Counted from the stretch's first letter, positions 1 to 11,488 are shown. The stretch is 64,000 nt of DNA from Acidobacteriota bacterium (GCA_046734955.1 JBKPSH010000048.1:20139-84138), one strand, 5' to 3'. Translations and numbers: made by a program. Notes: a model not told the origin generated them from the letters alone.

Positions 1-251
1 TCATCGCCTACACAGCGTCAGTCGGGGTCGTTCTTGCGCTCTCAGCAGTGTTCCTGGAGATTGTTATCCGCCAGAACGGTGGCATCGCGGTGCCCCATCC
101 TCTCTTCTACGTCGTCTCTGTCACTCTGCCCTATCAGTGGCGTTCGGGCCTGCTGCTCGCTCCGCTCATCGTGCTGACGATCGGAGTGCTGATCGCGAAT
201 TCACCAATAGAACGCAGCTTTCAACGCCAGCACGCCGATCACAATCATTAA
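1..251 (+). CDS. 3' end of a hydrophobic membrane protein (truncated by the window edge)
   Basis: Frame is open from position 3 (IAYTASVGVVLALSAVFLE...) and has two hydrophobic stretches; stop at 251. Confidence 0.45.
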   Translation, partial: IAYTASVGVVLALSAVFLEIVIRQNGGIAVPHPLFYVVSVTLPYQWRSGLLLAPLIVLTIGVLIANSPIERSFQRQHADHNH

Positions 252-716
252 CCCGATCATCGCTCGATACTCGCGATTGCGGATCGCTCGCGCGAAGCTG
301 AATCTTCGTTCACGAGTCGCCGTCCGTCCGGCGCGATAGTCGGGATATGCCGCGCCAAATTTTTCCGTAAGGTGCGATTCCTCCGTGCGAATGGCAGCGG
401 TCAGGGTGATCGCGAGATATCCGAACACCAGCATCGCAACAACAACGCTGGCGCAGGCCACGGCGAGACCGATTCCGATGATGATCGATCCCGCGTAAAG
501 TGGATGACGCGTCAGCGCGTACGGGCCTGACGCGGTTACTTCCTTTCCCTTCTCGAGATGACCTGCCGCCCACACGCGCAGCGCCTCACCAGCGGCTGCG
601 ACGATCGCGCCAATGGTCAGCGTGTGCCCGGTTGGGTGGGCGAGCCAGAACACGAACACGCCGGAGAGAAATCCGATGGGGACACGCAGGCGGGCAATGC
701 GGCGAAGCAACGTCAT
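201..716 (-). CDS. Isoprenylcysteine carboxyl methyltransferase / PEMT-family membrane methyltransferase
   Basis: GPYALTRHPLYAG and EESHL...FG..Y..Y motifs; start re-called at the ATG at 716, which overlaps the upstream stop (ATGA). Confidence 0.85.
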   Translation of the reverse strand: MTLLRRIARLRVPIGFLSGVFVFWLAHPTGHTLTIGAIVAAAGEALRVWAAGHLEKGKEVTASGPYALTRHPLYAGSIIIGIGLAVACASVVVAMLVFGYLAITLTAAIRTEESHLTEKFGAAYPDYRAGRTATRERRFSFARAIRNREYRAMIGLMIVIGVLALKAAFYW

Positions 717-1714
717 CTCTGGTATCGCTGCTGGACCGCGGCGGTGACTTCGGGTACGCCAATCGATTCCAGGCACCACTCCGCCTTTCTGCACCGCCGT
801 TCGTAGTGGCATCCGCAAATCCCGTATCTCGACACCGTCACATCGTCCGCACTCCACGGGCCGTTGCGTTGCGGGTCGGTGGGACCAAATAGCGAGACGG
901 TCGGCGTCCCGACTGCGGCGGCGATGTGAAGCGGCCCGGTGTCGCCGGACACCACCAGCGAAGCGGCGCGGCACAATGCCAGCAGATCAGCGAGCCGCGT
1001 CGGCGGGGCGACGCGAGCAGCGCCACCGGACGTTTCCATCACTGCACCGGCGAGCCCCTCCTCACCCGGTCCCCACAACACGAACGACGGCAATCCGCGC
1101 ACCTCGCGAAGGAACGCGGCCACTTCACCAAATCGGTCCGGAGGCCACCGCTTGTTGGGCCAGGCGGCGCCGGGATTAATCAACGCGAACGGCTGCTGGC
1201 CACCAAGTGCGGAGTGAATGTCTTCGAGCGCGCGCGAATGAACGTCGGCGAGCGGAAATCGAATCGTCGTGTCGTTGACGCCCAGAATTCGGAGCAGTGC
1301 GAGATTCTGTCGCACGATATGATCCGCTCGTTCCGCGGGCGTGTCACGGTGGATTTCCGAGTAGAACGGACGCGCGCCTTTTTCCCGGACGTGCCAGATG
1401 GAGAATCCGATCACGCGAGACGCGCCGGATGCACGCGCAAGAACGGCGGACTTCATCAGCCCTTGAAAATCGATCGCCACATCGTAGCGAACCTCACGCA
1501 AACGGCGGGCAACGTCGAGCCACCCGGTGATCGACGGACGCTCGAGCACGACGCATCGGTCGATGACGCTGACCAAATCGACCATCGGTCGATGTCGAGC
1601 TTCGACCAGCCAGTCGATCCGGGCGTCAGGAAATGCGGTGCGCAGCGCCGCAGCAGCGGGAACGGCATGAATGATGTCGCCCAGCGCGCCGAGGCGGACG
1701 ATGAGGATGTTCAT
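713..1714 (-). CDS. waaC: GT9 LPS heptosyltransferase (WaaC-like)
   Basis: N-terminus MNILIVRLGALGDIIHAVP; DTGPLHIAAAVGTPTVSLFGPT; ATGA overlap with the upstream gene. Confidence 0.8.
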   Translation of the reverse strand: MNILIVRLGALGDIIHAVPAAAALRTAFPDARIDWLVEARHRPMVDLVSVIDRCVVLERPSITGWLDVARRLREVRYDVAIDFQGLMKSAVLARASGASRVIGFSIWHVREKGARPFYSEIHRDTPAERADHIVRQNLALLRILGVNDTTIRFPLADVHSRALEDIHSALGGQQPFALINPGAAWPNKRWPPDRFGEVAAFLREVRGLPSFVLWGPGEEGLAGAVMETSGGAARVAPPTRLADLLALCRAASLVVSGDTGPLHIAAAVGTPTVSLFGPTDPQRNGPWSADDVTVSRYGICGCHYERRCRKAEWCLESIGVPEVTAAVQQRYQR

Positions 1715-2178
1715 CCGCGGATTCGAGCAACGAGCTCGCGTGTCGAATGATCTTTCGGATCTCCGACAATCGCGATCCGGCCCCCATATCCCAGGACCGT
1801 GGCCCGCTCCGGAACGGTCTCGACCGTGTAGTCGGTCCCCTTGCAATGCACATCCGGCCGCAGCAACTCGAGCAGCGGGCCGACGGTTGGTTCCGGAAAT
1901 ATCGTCACGTAGTCGACACCGCGAAGCGCCGCAACCAGTTCAGCGCGTTCGCCGGCTTTCAGAATCGGGCGGCCCGGCCCCTTCGTCGCCGCTGTCGTGT
2001 CATCATTCACGGCAACGATCAACCGATCGGCTTCCAACGAGGCGGCCTGCAGATAACGGACGTGTCCCACGTGCAACAGATCGAAGCAGCCGTTGGCAAA
2101 CGCAAGGGTCAGGCCCGCGCGTCGATCGGCAGCGACCACTTCAAGGAGCTGCTCGCGGGTAACAATCTTCTCAGCCAC
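1711..2178 (-). CDS. hldC: D-glycero-beta-D-manno-heptose 1-phosphate adenylyltransferase (stand-alone RfaE domain II)
   Basis: ANGCFDLLHVGH (HxGH) and KGTDY motifs; LPS operon context. Confidence 0.9.
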   Translation of the reverse strand: MAEKIVTREQLLEVVAADRRAGLTLAFANGCFDLLHVGHVRYLQAASLEADRLIVAVNDDTTAATKGPGRPILKAGERAELVAALRGVDYVTIFPEPTVGPLLELLRPDVHCKGTDYTVETVPERATVLGYGGRIAIVGDPKDHSTRELVARIRG

Positions 2179-3205
2179 GGTCGCTCAGCACGGCGTTCCG
2201 CAGTTCGTCGGCGCTGACCGTTGCGGTGCCACGCTTCATGACGACGATCCCGCCGGCGTAATTGGCGAGCCGCGCTGCTTCAAGGAAGCTCGATCCGGAC
2301 GCGAGGGCAAGCGTCATCGTCGCAATCACCGTGTCGCCCGCGCCGGTGACATCGGCGATCTGATCGGAGCCGTAGATCGGGATGTGCACCGTCCGGCGAT
2401 CGGGCTGAAAGAGCGCCATTCCGCGACTGCCGCGGGTGATGAGCACAGCCTCGGCTCGCGTGCGCTGAAGAAGCTCGCGACCCGCCCGTTCGAGAATGCG
2501 CGTATTGTCGCGGATGCGGATTCCGAGCAACTGCTCGACCTCTGATTCGTTTGGTGTGCAGGTCGTCATTCCTCGATAACGGAGCAGCGAGTATCGAGAA
2601 TCGACCAGGACGGGAGGCACGCCTTTTCCCCGGCGGCGAAGAGACTTCGTGGCCTCAGCCACCAGTGGCGCGGACACCGCGCCGCCACCATAGTCGGAAA
2701 CGAGCAGCGCATCGCAGCGGGCGGCTGCCTTCAACAGCTTGTCGCGAATTGCGTGACGATCGCCGTCCGAGGCCTCGACGGTCGCTGCGCGATCGATGCG
2801 GACGACCTGCTGCTTCGCTGAATGAATCCCGCCGGCGAGAATCCGCGTCTTGGTCGGTGTGCGAAAGCCTTTCGGCCGAAGCACAGCCCGTACATCAACA
2901 ACGCGGCGAAGGGTATCGATAAGCCGCGCTCCCGTCTCGTCTCTCCCGGCAAATCCGATCGCCGCCGCCGAGCCGCCGAGCGCAGCGACGTTGTGTGCGG
3001 CGTTGCCCGCCCCTCCGGGAACGATTTCGGTGGAGTCGTAGTTCAGGATCAGCACCGGCGCTTCGCGCGAGACTCTCGCGATGTCGCCATAGATGAACTC
3101 GTCAACGATCAAGTCGCCGAAAACGGCGATGCGCACTTTGGTGAACCGATCGATTAACTCGAGCAGCCGCGACGAATCGACGGCTGTGGAATCGGTGGCT
3201 CGCAT
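2171..3205 (-). CDS. hldA: Heptose 7-phosphate kinase (PfkB family, stand-alone RfaE domain I)
   Basis: GDLIVDEFIYG..RVSREAPV, GGAGN and DVTGAGDT motifs; start re-called at 3205. Confidence 0.9.
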   Translation of the reverse strand: MRATDSTAVDSSRLLELIDRFTKVRIAVFGDLIVDEFIYGDIARVSREAPVLILNYDSTEIVPGGAGNAAHNVAALGGSAAAIGFAGRDETGARLIDTLRRVVDVRAVLRPKGFRTPTKTRILAGGIHSAKQQVVRIDRAATVEASDGDRHAIRDKLLKAAARCDALLVSDYGGGAVSAPLVAEATKSLRRRGKGVPPVLVDSRYSLLRYRGMTTCTPNESEVEQLLGIRIRDNTRILERAGRELLQRTRAEAVLITRGSRGMALFQPDRRTVHIPIYGSDQIADVTGAGDTVIATMTLALASGSSFLEAARLANYAGGIVVMKRGTATVSADELRNAVLSDRG

Positions 3206-3771
3206 CAGGAGGTGCGGAGAATCCAGGAAACGGCTTCCATCAGGTTGTCCGCGATCGCGGCCGGCGTCAGCCGATCTCGCGGTGCCATCTCCTCGGTTTT
3301 GCCGTAGCCGGTGCGCACGAGCACGCCACGCGCGCCAACACGCTGCCCTGCTTCGAGGTCGTGCCATCGATCGCCGACAACAAACGACCGATCGAGTGCG
3401 AGGTCGAGATCTTTTGCGGCTTGCCGAAGCAACCCGGGTTCCGGTTTCCGGCAGTCGCATGACTTTCGGTACTGCTCGATGACCGCCTCGGGATGGTGCG
3501 GACAGTAGTAGAACCCGTCCACGCGCGCACCACCGGCCGACAGGCGCGCCGCGATGTGTCGATGCGCTTCGGCAACAAACGCTTCCTTGAAAATGCCCCT
3601 GGCGATGCCGGCCTGATTGGTGACAACGACGACAGCAAAATTCGCACGGTTCAGCAGGCGAACCGCGTCGACGCTATACGGAAAGAATACGAGGCGTTCG
3701 AGACGATCGAGGTAACCCGCTTCTTCGAGCAGCGTGCCGTCGCGATCGAGGAAAATTGCAGGACGGGACAT
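3205..3771 (-). CDS. gmhB: D-glycero-D-manno-heptose 1,7-bisphosphate phosphatase (HAD)
   Basis: FLDRDGTL, VTNQAG, CPHHP...CDCRKP and VGDRWHD motifs. Confidence 0.92.
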   Translation of the reverse strand: MSRPAIFLDRDGTLLEEAGYLDRLERLVFFPYSVDAVRLLNRANFAVVVVTNQAGIARGIFKEAFVAEAHRHIAARLSAGGARVDGFYYCPHHPEAVIEQYRKSCDCRKPEPGLLRQAAKDLDLALDRSFVVGDRWHDLEAGQRVGARGVLVRTGYGKTEEMAPRDRLTPAAIADNLMEAVSWILRTS

Positions 3772-4826
3772 TAGCTGGAGCCGTTGCCGGGCGCAGCCGA
3801 AGTCGCGCCGGAACCTTTGGCGAAGGCGGAGAGGCGTGCGGTCACCGCCTCGAACACTTCGTCGGACGTTATCCGTTTCATACACCGGTGATCGATCGGA
3901 CAGTCGCGCAGCATGCAGGGACGGCAGAAGACCTCGCGAACAATGACATTGTGATTGCCGATCGGGGCGGTCACACGCTCGTCGGTCGGCCCAAAGATCG
4001 CCGTCACCGGAACCCCGAGCGCCGCCGCGAGGTGCATGGCCCCCGAGTCGTTCGACACGAATGCGGCACAGCGCGCCAGGATTCCGGTCAGCTGCCGGAG
4101 GTCCGTCCGGCCGATTGCATTCACGACTCGAACTCCAGGCGGCAACGCTGATTCTATCTCACGACCTGCTTCGCGATCGCCATGAGCCCCGACGAGAATC
4201 GAAATCGCGCCGCGCTCCTGCGCGAGTCGCGTGACGGCCGCGGCCACGCGGGCCGGAGGCCAGCGTTTGGCATGGCCGTACGCCGCACCTGGCGCGAATC
4301 CGATGAGCACCGCGGAATGCCCGATTCCAAGTTGCGTGAGCATCTGCGCCGCGCGCCCGGTTGTCTCCGTGCGAGGAAAGACTCGTGGGGTCCCGTCAGT
4401 CACGGCGAACCCGAGCGCCTCGACCAGCGTCGAGTAGTACACCGACTGATGAACGCGAGAGCGAGGAGGCGAAAAACGACGCGTCAAAAGAAACCCTCGA
4501 GCATTCGTCGCCAGCCCCCAACGCTCCTGGATTGCCGCGCGTCTCATCGTCCATGCGGTTCGGAATGAATTGGTGAGAAGCAGCCCCGCGTCGAACTTTC
4601 CATCGGCAAGTGCCTTCGCTTCGCCGGAGCGCTCCGGAAGCGTCAACACTGCATTCGGCGCAGCTGCAGTTTCTTCTTGAAAGAGCGGCGCGACCGACGC
4701 GATTGCCGCGATCGTAATGTGCGTATCGGGCAGTCCCGCTCGTACAGCCGCCAGCGCCGGCAATGCCATTACGGCATCCCCGAGCCAGTTGGGAGCGCGA
4801 ATGACAAGACGGGTCGGTGAATTCAC
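3771..4826 (-). CDS. waaF: LPS heptosyltransferase II (GT9)
   Basis: IRAPNWLGDAVMALP, PGAAYGHAKRWP and NDSGAMHLAAALG motifs; GTG start at 4826. Confidence 0.88.
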   Translation of the reverse strand: MNSPTRLVIRAPNWLGDAVMALPALAAVRAGLPDTHITIAAIASVAPLFQEETAAAPNAVLTLPERSGEAKALADGKFDAGLLLTNSFRTAWTMRRAAIQERWGLATNARGFLLTRRFSPPRSRVHQSVYYSTLVEALGFAVTDGTPRVFPRTETTGRAAQMLTQLGIGHSAVLIGFAPGAAYGHAKRWPPARVAAAVTRLAQERGAISILVGAHGDREAGREIESALPPGVRVVNAIGRTDLRQLTGILARCAAFVSNDSGAMHLAAALGVPVTAIFGPTDERVTAPIGNHNVIVREVFCRPCMLRDCPIDHRCMKRITSDEVFEAVTARLSAFAKGSGATSAAPGNGSS

Positions 4827-4839
4827 GTCGTGATCAGTA

Positions 4840-4918
<79 letters not shown>

Positions 4919-4920
4919 CG

Positions 4921-5931
4921 TTATTGCGTCCGTTCTTCAACGTCATCACCCGCGTCGCTCAGTTCATTCGACGCGGCAGGAAACATCCCCTTCACATGCT
5001 CACCTGCCGGCACATCGCGCCAACGCCGATGCATCCAGAGCCAGAGTTCGGGATACCGCCGAACATACATCTCGAGCACGTCGGTGCAGCGCTGCGTGAA
5101 TTCGGTAATCGCCTGCTCGTCTTCCGCGTTCGGCGGCTCGACCGCGTGTTCATACACCATGCGGAAGCGACCGCCGGGAAGCGGCAAGGCAAATACCGGG
5201 ACGACGGGCGCGCCGGTGCGGAGCGCGAGCGCCGCAAGGGCCGACGTCGTCGCCGCTGGGCGATTGAAGAAGTCGACGTAGACGGAATCGGCGGGCTGCA
5301 TGTGTTGATCGATCAGAAACGCGACCGCCTGGTTCGCTTCGAGTGCACGTAAGACCCTCCGGATTGCGCCGCGCCGATAGAACACAGAGTTCCCCGTCGC
5401 GGTCCTCACCGTTTCGAGGAGATCATGGAGCAATGGATTGTCGAGTGGCCTCGCCAGCACCGCCATCGGTTTGAGCGTCAGCGCATGAACGAGCGCATTG
5501 ATTTCCCAGAATCCGAAATGCCCGGTGTACAGGAGCACGCCCCGGTTCTGCGCGTGGGCGTGAATGACGCGATCTTCCCCTTCGAACTCGACCCGCGACA
5601 GCATGTCGTCTGGACGCATCGTGCTGAATTTCAACAGGACGACGAGCAGCCGGCCGAAATGGGAAAACATGTCGCGGCAGATCGCCAGGCACTCCTCGTC
5701 GGTTCTTCCCGGAAATGCGGCGCCCAGATTTTCGATCGCCAGTTGCCGATGGCCTCGATCGAACGTGTAGAACGCTCGACCGAGGAGCGTGCCCACGGCC
5801 AGCACACCTCGCATCGGCAGCAAGCGGACGAGCGAAACCGCGCTGACGACGGCGAGGTACTCGAGCCGGTGCCGGAACGATGGGCGTGGACGAGCGGGCG
5901 TCATGCCCGCGGGTGATTGCTGGTCAGCCAA
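4921..5931 (-). CDS. lpxL: Lipid A late acyltransferase (LpxL/HtrB family)
   Basis: TGHFGFWE (HxxxxE) and FLIDQH motifs, C-terminal WLWMHRRW; alternative ATG start at 5904. Confidence 0.85.
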   Translation of the reverse strand: MADQQSPAGMTPARPRPSFRHRLEYLAVVSAVSLVRLLPMRGVLAVGTLLGRAFYTFDRGHRQLAIENLGAAFPGRTDEECLAICRDMFSHFGRLLVVLLKFSTMRPDDMLSRVEFEGEDRVIHAHAQNRGVLLYTGHFGFWEINALVHALTLKPMAVLARPLDNPLLHDLLETVRTATGNSVFYRRGAIRRVLRALEANQAVAFLIDQHMQPADSVYVDFFNRPAATTSALAALALRTGAPVVPVFALPLPGGRFRMVYEHAVEPPNAEDEQAITEFTQRCTDVLEMYVRRYPELWLWMHRRWRDVPAGEHVKGMFPAASNELSDAGDDVEERTQ

Positions 5932-6892
5932 CGATGTCGCGAGCCGCGCCGATGGCTCCGGTCAGCCAGTGCCGGAACTCGGACTGCGGATCGGGTTCCA
6001 TTGTAAGCGCCGCGCAGTCGACTGGCATCGGAAAAGGCCGCCAGGGCAGCATTCGCACGTAGTCCTTCTCTGTCGTCACGATCACCTGCGCGCCGCGCTG
6101 GCGCGCCGCCTCTGCTATCGCCGACATGTCCTTCAACGAATACGGATAGTGATCGGCGAATGCACGCGTGCCGGCGATCGTGCACCCCAGGCGGCGCAGG
6201 TCTTCAAAGAACCGTTCAGGTGAGGCAATCCCGGCGACCGCAAAGGCCGGCCGTCCATCGGCATCGGGCAGGCGGATCGATCGACGGGTCCGGAAGAACG
6301 GAAGGTCGACACCGACCGCGGAGACATCGACGTCGTCATCGGCCGCAAGGACGGCATCAGCGGCAATCAGTGTATCGAGCGGCTCACGCAGACGGCCGCG
6401 CGGCAATGTGATTGGCTGCGCCACATCGTCACGTCCGACGAGCACGATATCGATATCGCGATCGAGCTGCAGATGCTGAAAGCCATCGTCCAACACGTGA
6501 ACCGTTACGTCGAACGCGTGTTCCGCCAGCGTTCCCGCGAGATAGCGATCGGGTGAGACCAGGACCGACGCTCCGTCGAGAGCACGGGCGAGCATGAGGG
6601 GTTCGTCACCGGCGCGAGCGAGATCGCTTCGCATCCCTTCAGAGTCGCGGACGATCACCACGCCATCTTCGGACTGCGTTCTCCCGTAGCCACGGCTCAG
6701 GATCGACGGCCGCTCCCCCATCGCCAGCAGCTCGCGCGTGATGCTTGCGACCATCGGAGTCTTTCCGCGGCCGCCCACGGCAAGGTTGCCGATGCTGATC
6801 ACAGGACGCCGCAAGCGGCGGCGCAGATCAGGACGCCGCGCGTAGCGTTCGCGACGACGACGAACCATGGCGGCATATAAATCGCTAATCAC
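5924..6892 (-). CDS. lpxK: Tetraacyldisaccharide 4'-kinase
   Basis: ISIGNLAVGGRGKTP, LSRGYG, GDEP, LDDGFQH and TTEKD motifs. Confidence 0.95.
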   Translation of the reverse strand: MISDLYAAMVRRRRERYARRPDLRRRLRRPVISIGNLAVGGRGKTPMVASITRELLAMGERPSILSRGYGRTQSEDGVVIVRDSEGMRSDLARAGDEPLMLARALDGASVLVSPDRYLAGTLAEHAFDVTVHVLDDGFQHLQLDRDIDIVLVGRDDVAQPITLPRGRLREPLDTLIAADAVLAADDDVDVSAVGVDLPFFRTRRSIRLPDADGRPAFAVAGIASPERFFEDLRRLGCTIAGTRAFADHYPYSLKDMSAIAEAARQRGAQVIVTTEKDYVRMLPWRPFPMPVDCAALTMEPDPQSEFRHWLTGAIGAARDIVG

Positions 6893-6959
6893 TAATCACT
6901 GATCCTGAATCGCTAATCCTTGAATCCTTGAATCCTGAATCCTCGAATCCTCGAATCCG
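6879..6959. repeat. Degenerate 7-8-nt tandem array (TAATCAC/GAATCCT, ~11 units) overlapping the lpxK start
   Basis: taatcac taatcac tgatcct gaatcgc taatcct t gaatcct t gaatcct gaatcct c gaatcct c gaatccg. Confidence 0.85.
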
Positions 6960-6974
6960 CTCGCGAGCGACTTC

Positions 6975-7805
6975 TTACTTGACCATCGGTCGGAGACTTG
7001 CCACGAATCGATCCACCGCCGACCAATACGCCTGGCCGTTCCGCGGGACATCGTCGTTGTGATCGCCCCCTTCGATGACCACGAACTGCTTGGGCGCAGT
7101 CAGCGTATTGAACAACTCCTGCCCGAGCGCGAACGGGATCACGCTGTCGCGATTACCGTGCATCACCAGAACGGGCCGGTTCACGCGATTCGCCAATTCA
7201 GCGGTTGGAAACCGGTACGACGAGAAAAGAGACAGAACCAAGAGGACTGGTGAACTGCGGATCGCCGCGCGCGCGTTCACGAAGCCCGACTCCAGGATGA
7301 TGCCGTCGGGCGGCTGCACAGTCGCCGCATATGCCGCCATGGCCGCGCCAAGCGATCGTCCCCAGTAAATTGTCGGAATCGACTGCGATTCTGCCGCGCC
7401 TGCGTGCTTGATGACGGCGTCGACGTCGCGATAGAGGCCCCGCTCAGTCGGATGTCCGGTGCTCTGGCCATATCCGCGGTAATCGAACGCGAAGAGCGAA
7501 TAGCCATGCTGAACGATCCCGGTCAGAATCGGCGACCAGTTCGACAGGTTCGCGCCGTTGCCGTGGAAGTAGACGACGTTCGCGCGCGGAGTAGGCGCAC
7601 GCATTACCCACGCGCGTAAGCGCTCGCCGTCGACGGTATCGATCGTGACCGCGTCGAGCGGCACGCCAAAGTCGCGTGGCGTTTCCAATTCGCCTGGCGT
7701 CGGAAAGAACGCCAGCCGCGGCTCGGCCCAGCGTACGAGGAGCCACAGGAGGATGCCGCACCCTACCAGCGTGTAGACCGCCAGCATTACCAATCGTCGT
7801 AGCAC
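6975..7805 (-). CDS. Alpha/beta hydrolase with N-terminal membrane anchor
   Basis: YFHGNG, DYRGYG, GRSLG nucleophile, and HGNRD...GGDHN. Confidence 0.9.
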   Translation of the reverse strand: MLRRLVMLAVYTLVGCGILLWLLVRWAEPRLAFFPTPGELETPRDFGVPLDAVTIDTVDGERLRAWVMRAPTPRANVVYFHGNGANLSNWSPILTGIVQHGYSLFAFDYRGYGQSTGHPTERGLYRDVDAVIKHAGAAESQSIPTIYWGRSLGAAMAAYAATVQPPDGIILESGFVNARAAIRSSPVLLVLSLFSSYRFPTAELANRVNRPVLVMHGNRDSVIPFALGQELFNTLTAPKQFVVIEGGDHNDDVPRNGQAYWSAVDRFVASLRPMVK

Positions 7806-7837
7806 GAATCACGGTTGATGGTGAGATTTCCGCGCCT

Positions 7838-7870
7838 CGGACCCGGATCCCGGATAACCGATCCCGATAT
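7838..7870. repeat. Short degenerate heptamer array (GGATCCC-like, ~4 units)
   Basis: cggaccc ggatccc ggataac cgatccc. Confidence 0.55.
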
Positions 7871-7874
7871 GAAA

Positions 7875-9197
7875 TCACACGCGTCTGAACGGACGAACCA
7901 CATTCGACGGATCGAGCACCTGCGCAATCGCTGCCAGGGTCTTGCCACGCGCGCCACGATTCGCCTCGACGAGCGCGCGCGCGGCAGCACCCAGACGCGC
8001 ACGTCGCACCGGATCGCCAAGCAGTTCGAGAAGGGCTGATTCCAGCTCGCGATCCGACTGCACCTGCACCGCCGCCGCATTATCCAGGAACGTCCGCGAG
8101 ATCTCGGCAAAATTCTGCATGTAAGGACCAAACACGATTGGCTTCCCAAAGACCGCAGGCTCCAGGATATTGTGGCCTCCCATGTCGGCCAGGCTACCGC
8201 CGACGAACACGACCGTCGCGATCTGATAAAGCTGCGCCAGCTCGCCAATGGTGTCGAGAATGACGACGTCGTGGCGCGGATCGGCATCGACGCGCAGCTC
8301 GGTTCGCCTCGCGACGTTCCAGCCGGCGCGTCGCGCCAGCTTCTCCACGTCGTCGAAGCGTTCGGGCTTTCGCGGCGCGATGATCAGCAGCGCGTTGGTC
8401 ATCGTCGCGCGGATCCGATGGAACGCCTCCAGGACCGGCTCTTCCTCGGTGCGGACGGTGCTTGCGGCAATCAGCACCGGGCGATCGGCCGCGACTCTGA
8501 AGTAGCGAAGGACGCGATTCCGCCCGCGATCGACCGCGGAGCTGCCCGGGATCTCGAGCGAATCGAACTTCAGCGATCCGGTGACGATCACCCGATCGCG
8601 TTCGGCGCCGATGTCAATGACGCGTCGCGCGGACTCGTCGCTCTGCATGCAGAAGCGATCGATATGTCGCAGCACCCGACGGAAGAAGGAGCGAGCGATG
8701 CGATAGCGGGGATACGAGCGCGAGGAAATCCGGCCGTTGACGAGCATCGTCTTCACACCCGAGCGGTGGCATGCGCGGAGAAGGTTCGGCCAGATCTCGG
8801 TCTCCATCATGATGAAGAGACGCGGATTCACCAGCTTCACCGTGCGATTGACGATGAAGCCGAGATCGAAGGGGAAATAGAAAACGCCGTCGACGTACTG
8901 AAGATTGTTGCGCGCGATTTGCTGGCCGGTCATCGTCGTCGTCGACAGAAACAAGCGCAGCTTCGGATAGCGCTCGCGCAGGTCCGGCAAGAGAGCTCGC
9001 GCGGTCAGGACTTCGCCGACGGACACGGCGTGGATCCAGATCGATTCATCCGAATCGAGATTGAACGAGATCGGCAGGTAACCAAGCCGTTGCGTGAGGC
9101 TGCCGATGTACTTGCGATGACGTACCGCCTGATAAATCAGTGACGGCGACATCGCGACAAAGAACAGGACGATGAGGACCGAGTAGATCACATACAT
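7875..9197 (-). CDS. waaA: Kdo transferase (GT30)
   Basis: WIHAVSVGEV, METEIWPN, APRKPERF and GGHNILEPA motifs. Confidence 0.95.
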   Translation of the reverse strand: MYVIYSVLIVLFFVAMSPSLIYQAVRHRKYIGSLTQRLGYLPISFNLDSDESIWIHAVSVGEVLTARALLPDLRERYPKLRLFLSTTTMTGQQIARNNLQYVDGVFYFPFDLGFIVNRTVKLVNPRLFIMMETEIWPNLLRACHRSGVKTMLVNGRISSRSYPRYRIARSFFRRVLRHIDRFCMQSDESARRVIDIGAERDRVIVTGSLKFDSLEIPGSSAVDRGRNRVLRYFRVAADRPVLIAASTVRTEEEPVLEAFHRIRATMTNALLIIAPRKPERFDDVEKLARRAGWNVARRTELRVDADPRHDVVILDTIGELAQLYQIATVVFVGGSLADMGGHNILEPAVFGKPIVFGPYMQNFAEISRTFLDNAAAVQVQSDRELESALLELLGDPVRRARLGAAARALVEANRGARGKTLAAIAQVLDPSNVVRPFRRV

Positions 9198-9287
9198 CGC
9201 GGGATGCGAATCACTCTAGACCGGCGTTGACCACCGCGCAAGCCGTTCATTAAAATCATTTATTTCACCAGCTCGGAGGAAACGTAG

Positions 9288-10295
<1,008 letters not shown>

Positions 10296-10297
10296 CG

Positions 10298-11479
10298 TTG
10301 GCGCGAAGCATCAAGGACCTGGATCTCTCGGGCACGCGCGCCTTCATCCGCGTCGACTTCAACGTCCCGATCAAAAACGGCGCGATCACCGACGACACGC
10401 GGATTCGCGCGTCGCTGCCAACCATCAAATACGCACTCGACAAGGGCGCGACGGTGATCCTGGCGTCGCATCTCGGGCGGCCGAAGGGGAAACCGAACCC
10501 GGAATTTTCGTTAAAGCCGGTGGCGTCGCGATTGTCGGAGCTTCTCGGCCGCCCGGTTGAATTTGCCGAGGACTGCATTGGTCCACCCGCGCAAGCGGGA
10601 ATCGATCGCGCGTCAAAGGGCAGCAAGGTCGTTCTGCTCGAGAACCTCCGGTTCCACCCGGAGGAGGAAAAGAACGATCCGGGTTTTGCGAAAGAACTCG
10701 CATCGCTTGCCGATGTCTACGTTAACGACGCGTTCGGCTCGGCTCACCGCGCTCACGCGTCCACCGAAGGCATCGTCCATCATGTGAAGCAGGCCGCCGC
10801 CGGTCTGCTGATGGTGGCCGAAGTGCAGTATCTCGGCAAGATCCTGGAGCATCCCGACCGTCCTTTTATCGCCGTGCTGGGCGGCGCGAAAGTGTCGGAC
10901 AAACTCGAGGTCATTCAGAACCTGGTGCCTCGCGTCGACGCGCTGCTCATTGGCGGCGCGATGGCATACACGTTCTTCAAGGCACGGGGGCTGCCGGTCG
11001 GCAAGTCGCTGGTTGAAGACGAACTCCTCGAGTCAGCGCGGGAGGTCGAACAGCAGGCGAAGGGTCGCAACCTTCGTTTCGAGCTCCCTTCCGATCACGT
11101 TGTCGCATCAAAAATCGAAGCGGGAGCGTCCACCGAAACACTCGACGTTGGCGATCGCAAAATTGGCGACCGTATGGGACTCGACATCGGGCCCAAAACG
11201 ATCGCGCGCTACCGCGAGATCATCTCCGGGGCGAAGACCGTGACGTGGAACGGACCAATGGGCGTGTTCGAAATCGATGAGTTGGCGAAAGGCACGATCG
11301 CAATTGCGAAAGCGGTGGCCGACGTCAAAGGTACGACCGTGATCGGCGGCGGCGATTCAATCGCGGCGGTCGCGAAGGCGGGGGTCAGCGACCGGATTAC
11401 CCACATTTCAACCGGTGGCGGCGCCTCGCTCGAATTTCTGGGCGGCCGAAAGCTCCCCGGTGTCGTCGCGCTGGGTTAG
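10298..11479 (+). CDS. pgk: Phosphoglycerate kinase
   Basis: [22 protein letters not shown] and STGGGASLE motifs; TTG start 2 nt after the gap stop. Confidence 0.97.
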   Translation: MARSIKDLDLSGTRAFIRVDFNVPIKNGAITDDTRIRASLPTIKYALDKGATVILASHLGRPKGKPNPEFSLKPVASRLSELLGRPVEFAEDCIGPPAQAGIDRASKGSKVVLLENLRFHPEEEKNDPGFAKELASLADVYVNDAFGSAHRAHASTEGIVHHVKQAAAGLLMVAEVQYLGKILEHPDRPFIAVLGGAKVSDKLEVIQNLVPRVDALLIGGAMAYTFFKARGLPVGKSLVEDELLESAREVEQQAKGRNLRFELPSDHVVASKIEAGASTETLDVGDRKIGDRMGLDIGPKTIARYREIISGAKTVTWNGPMGVFEIDELAKGTIAIAKAVADVKGTTVIGGGDSIAAVAKAGVSDRITHISTGGGASLEFLGGRKLPGVVALG

Positions 11480-11488
11480 AATCCGCCA

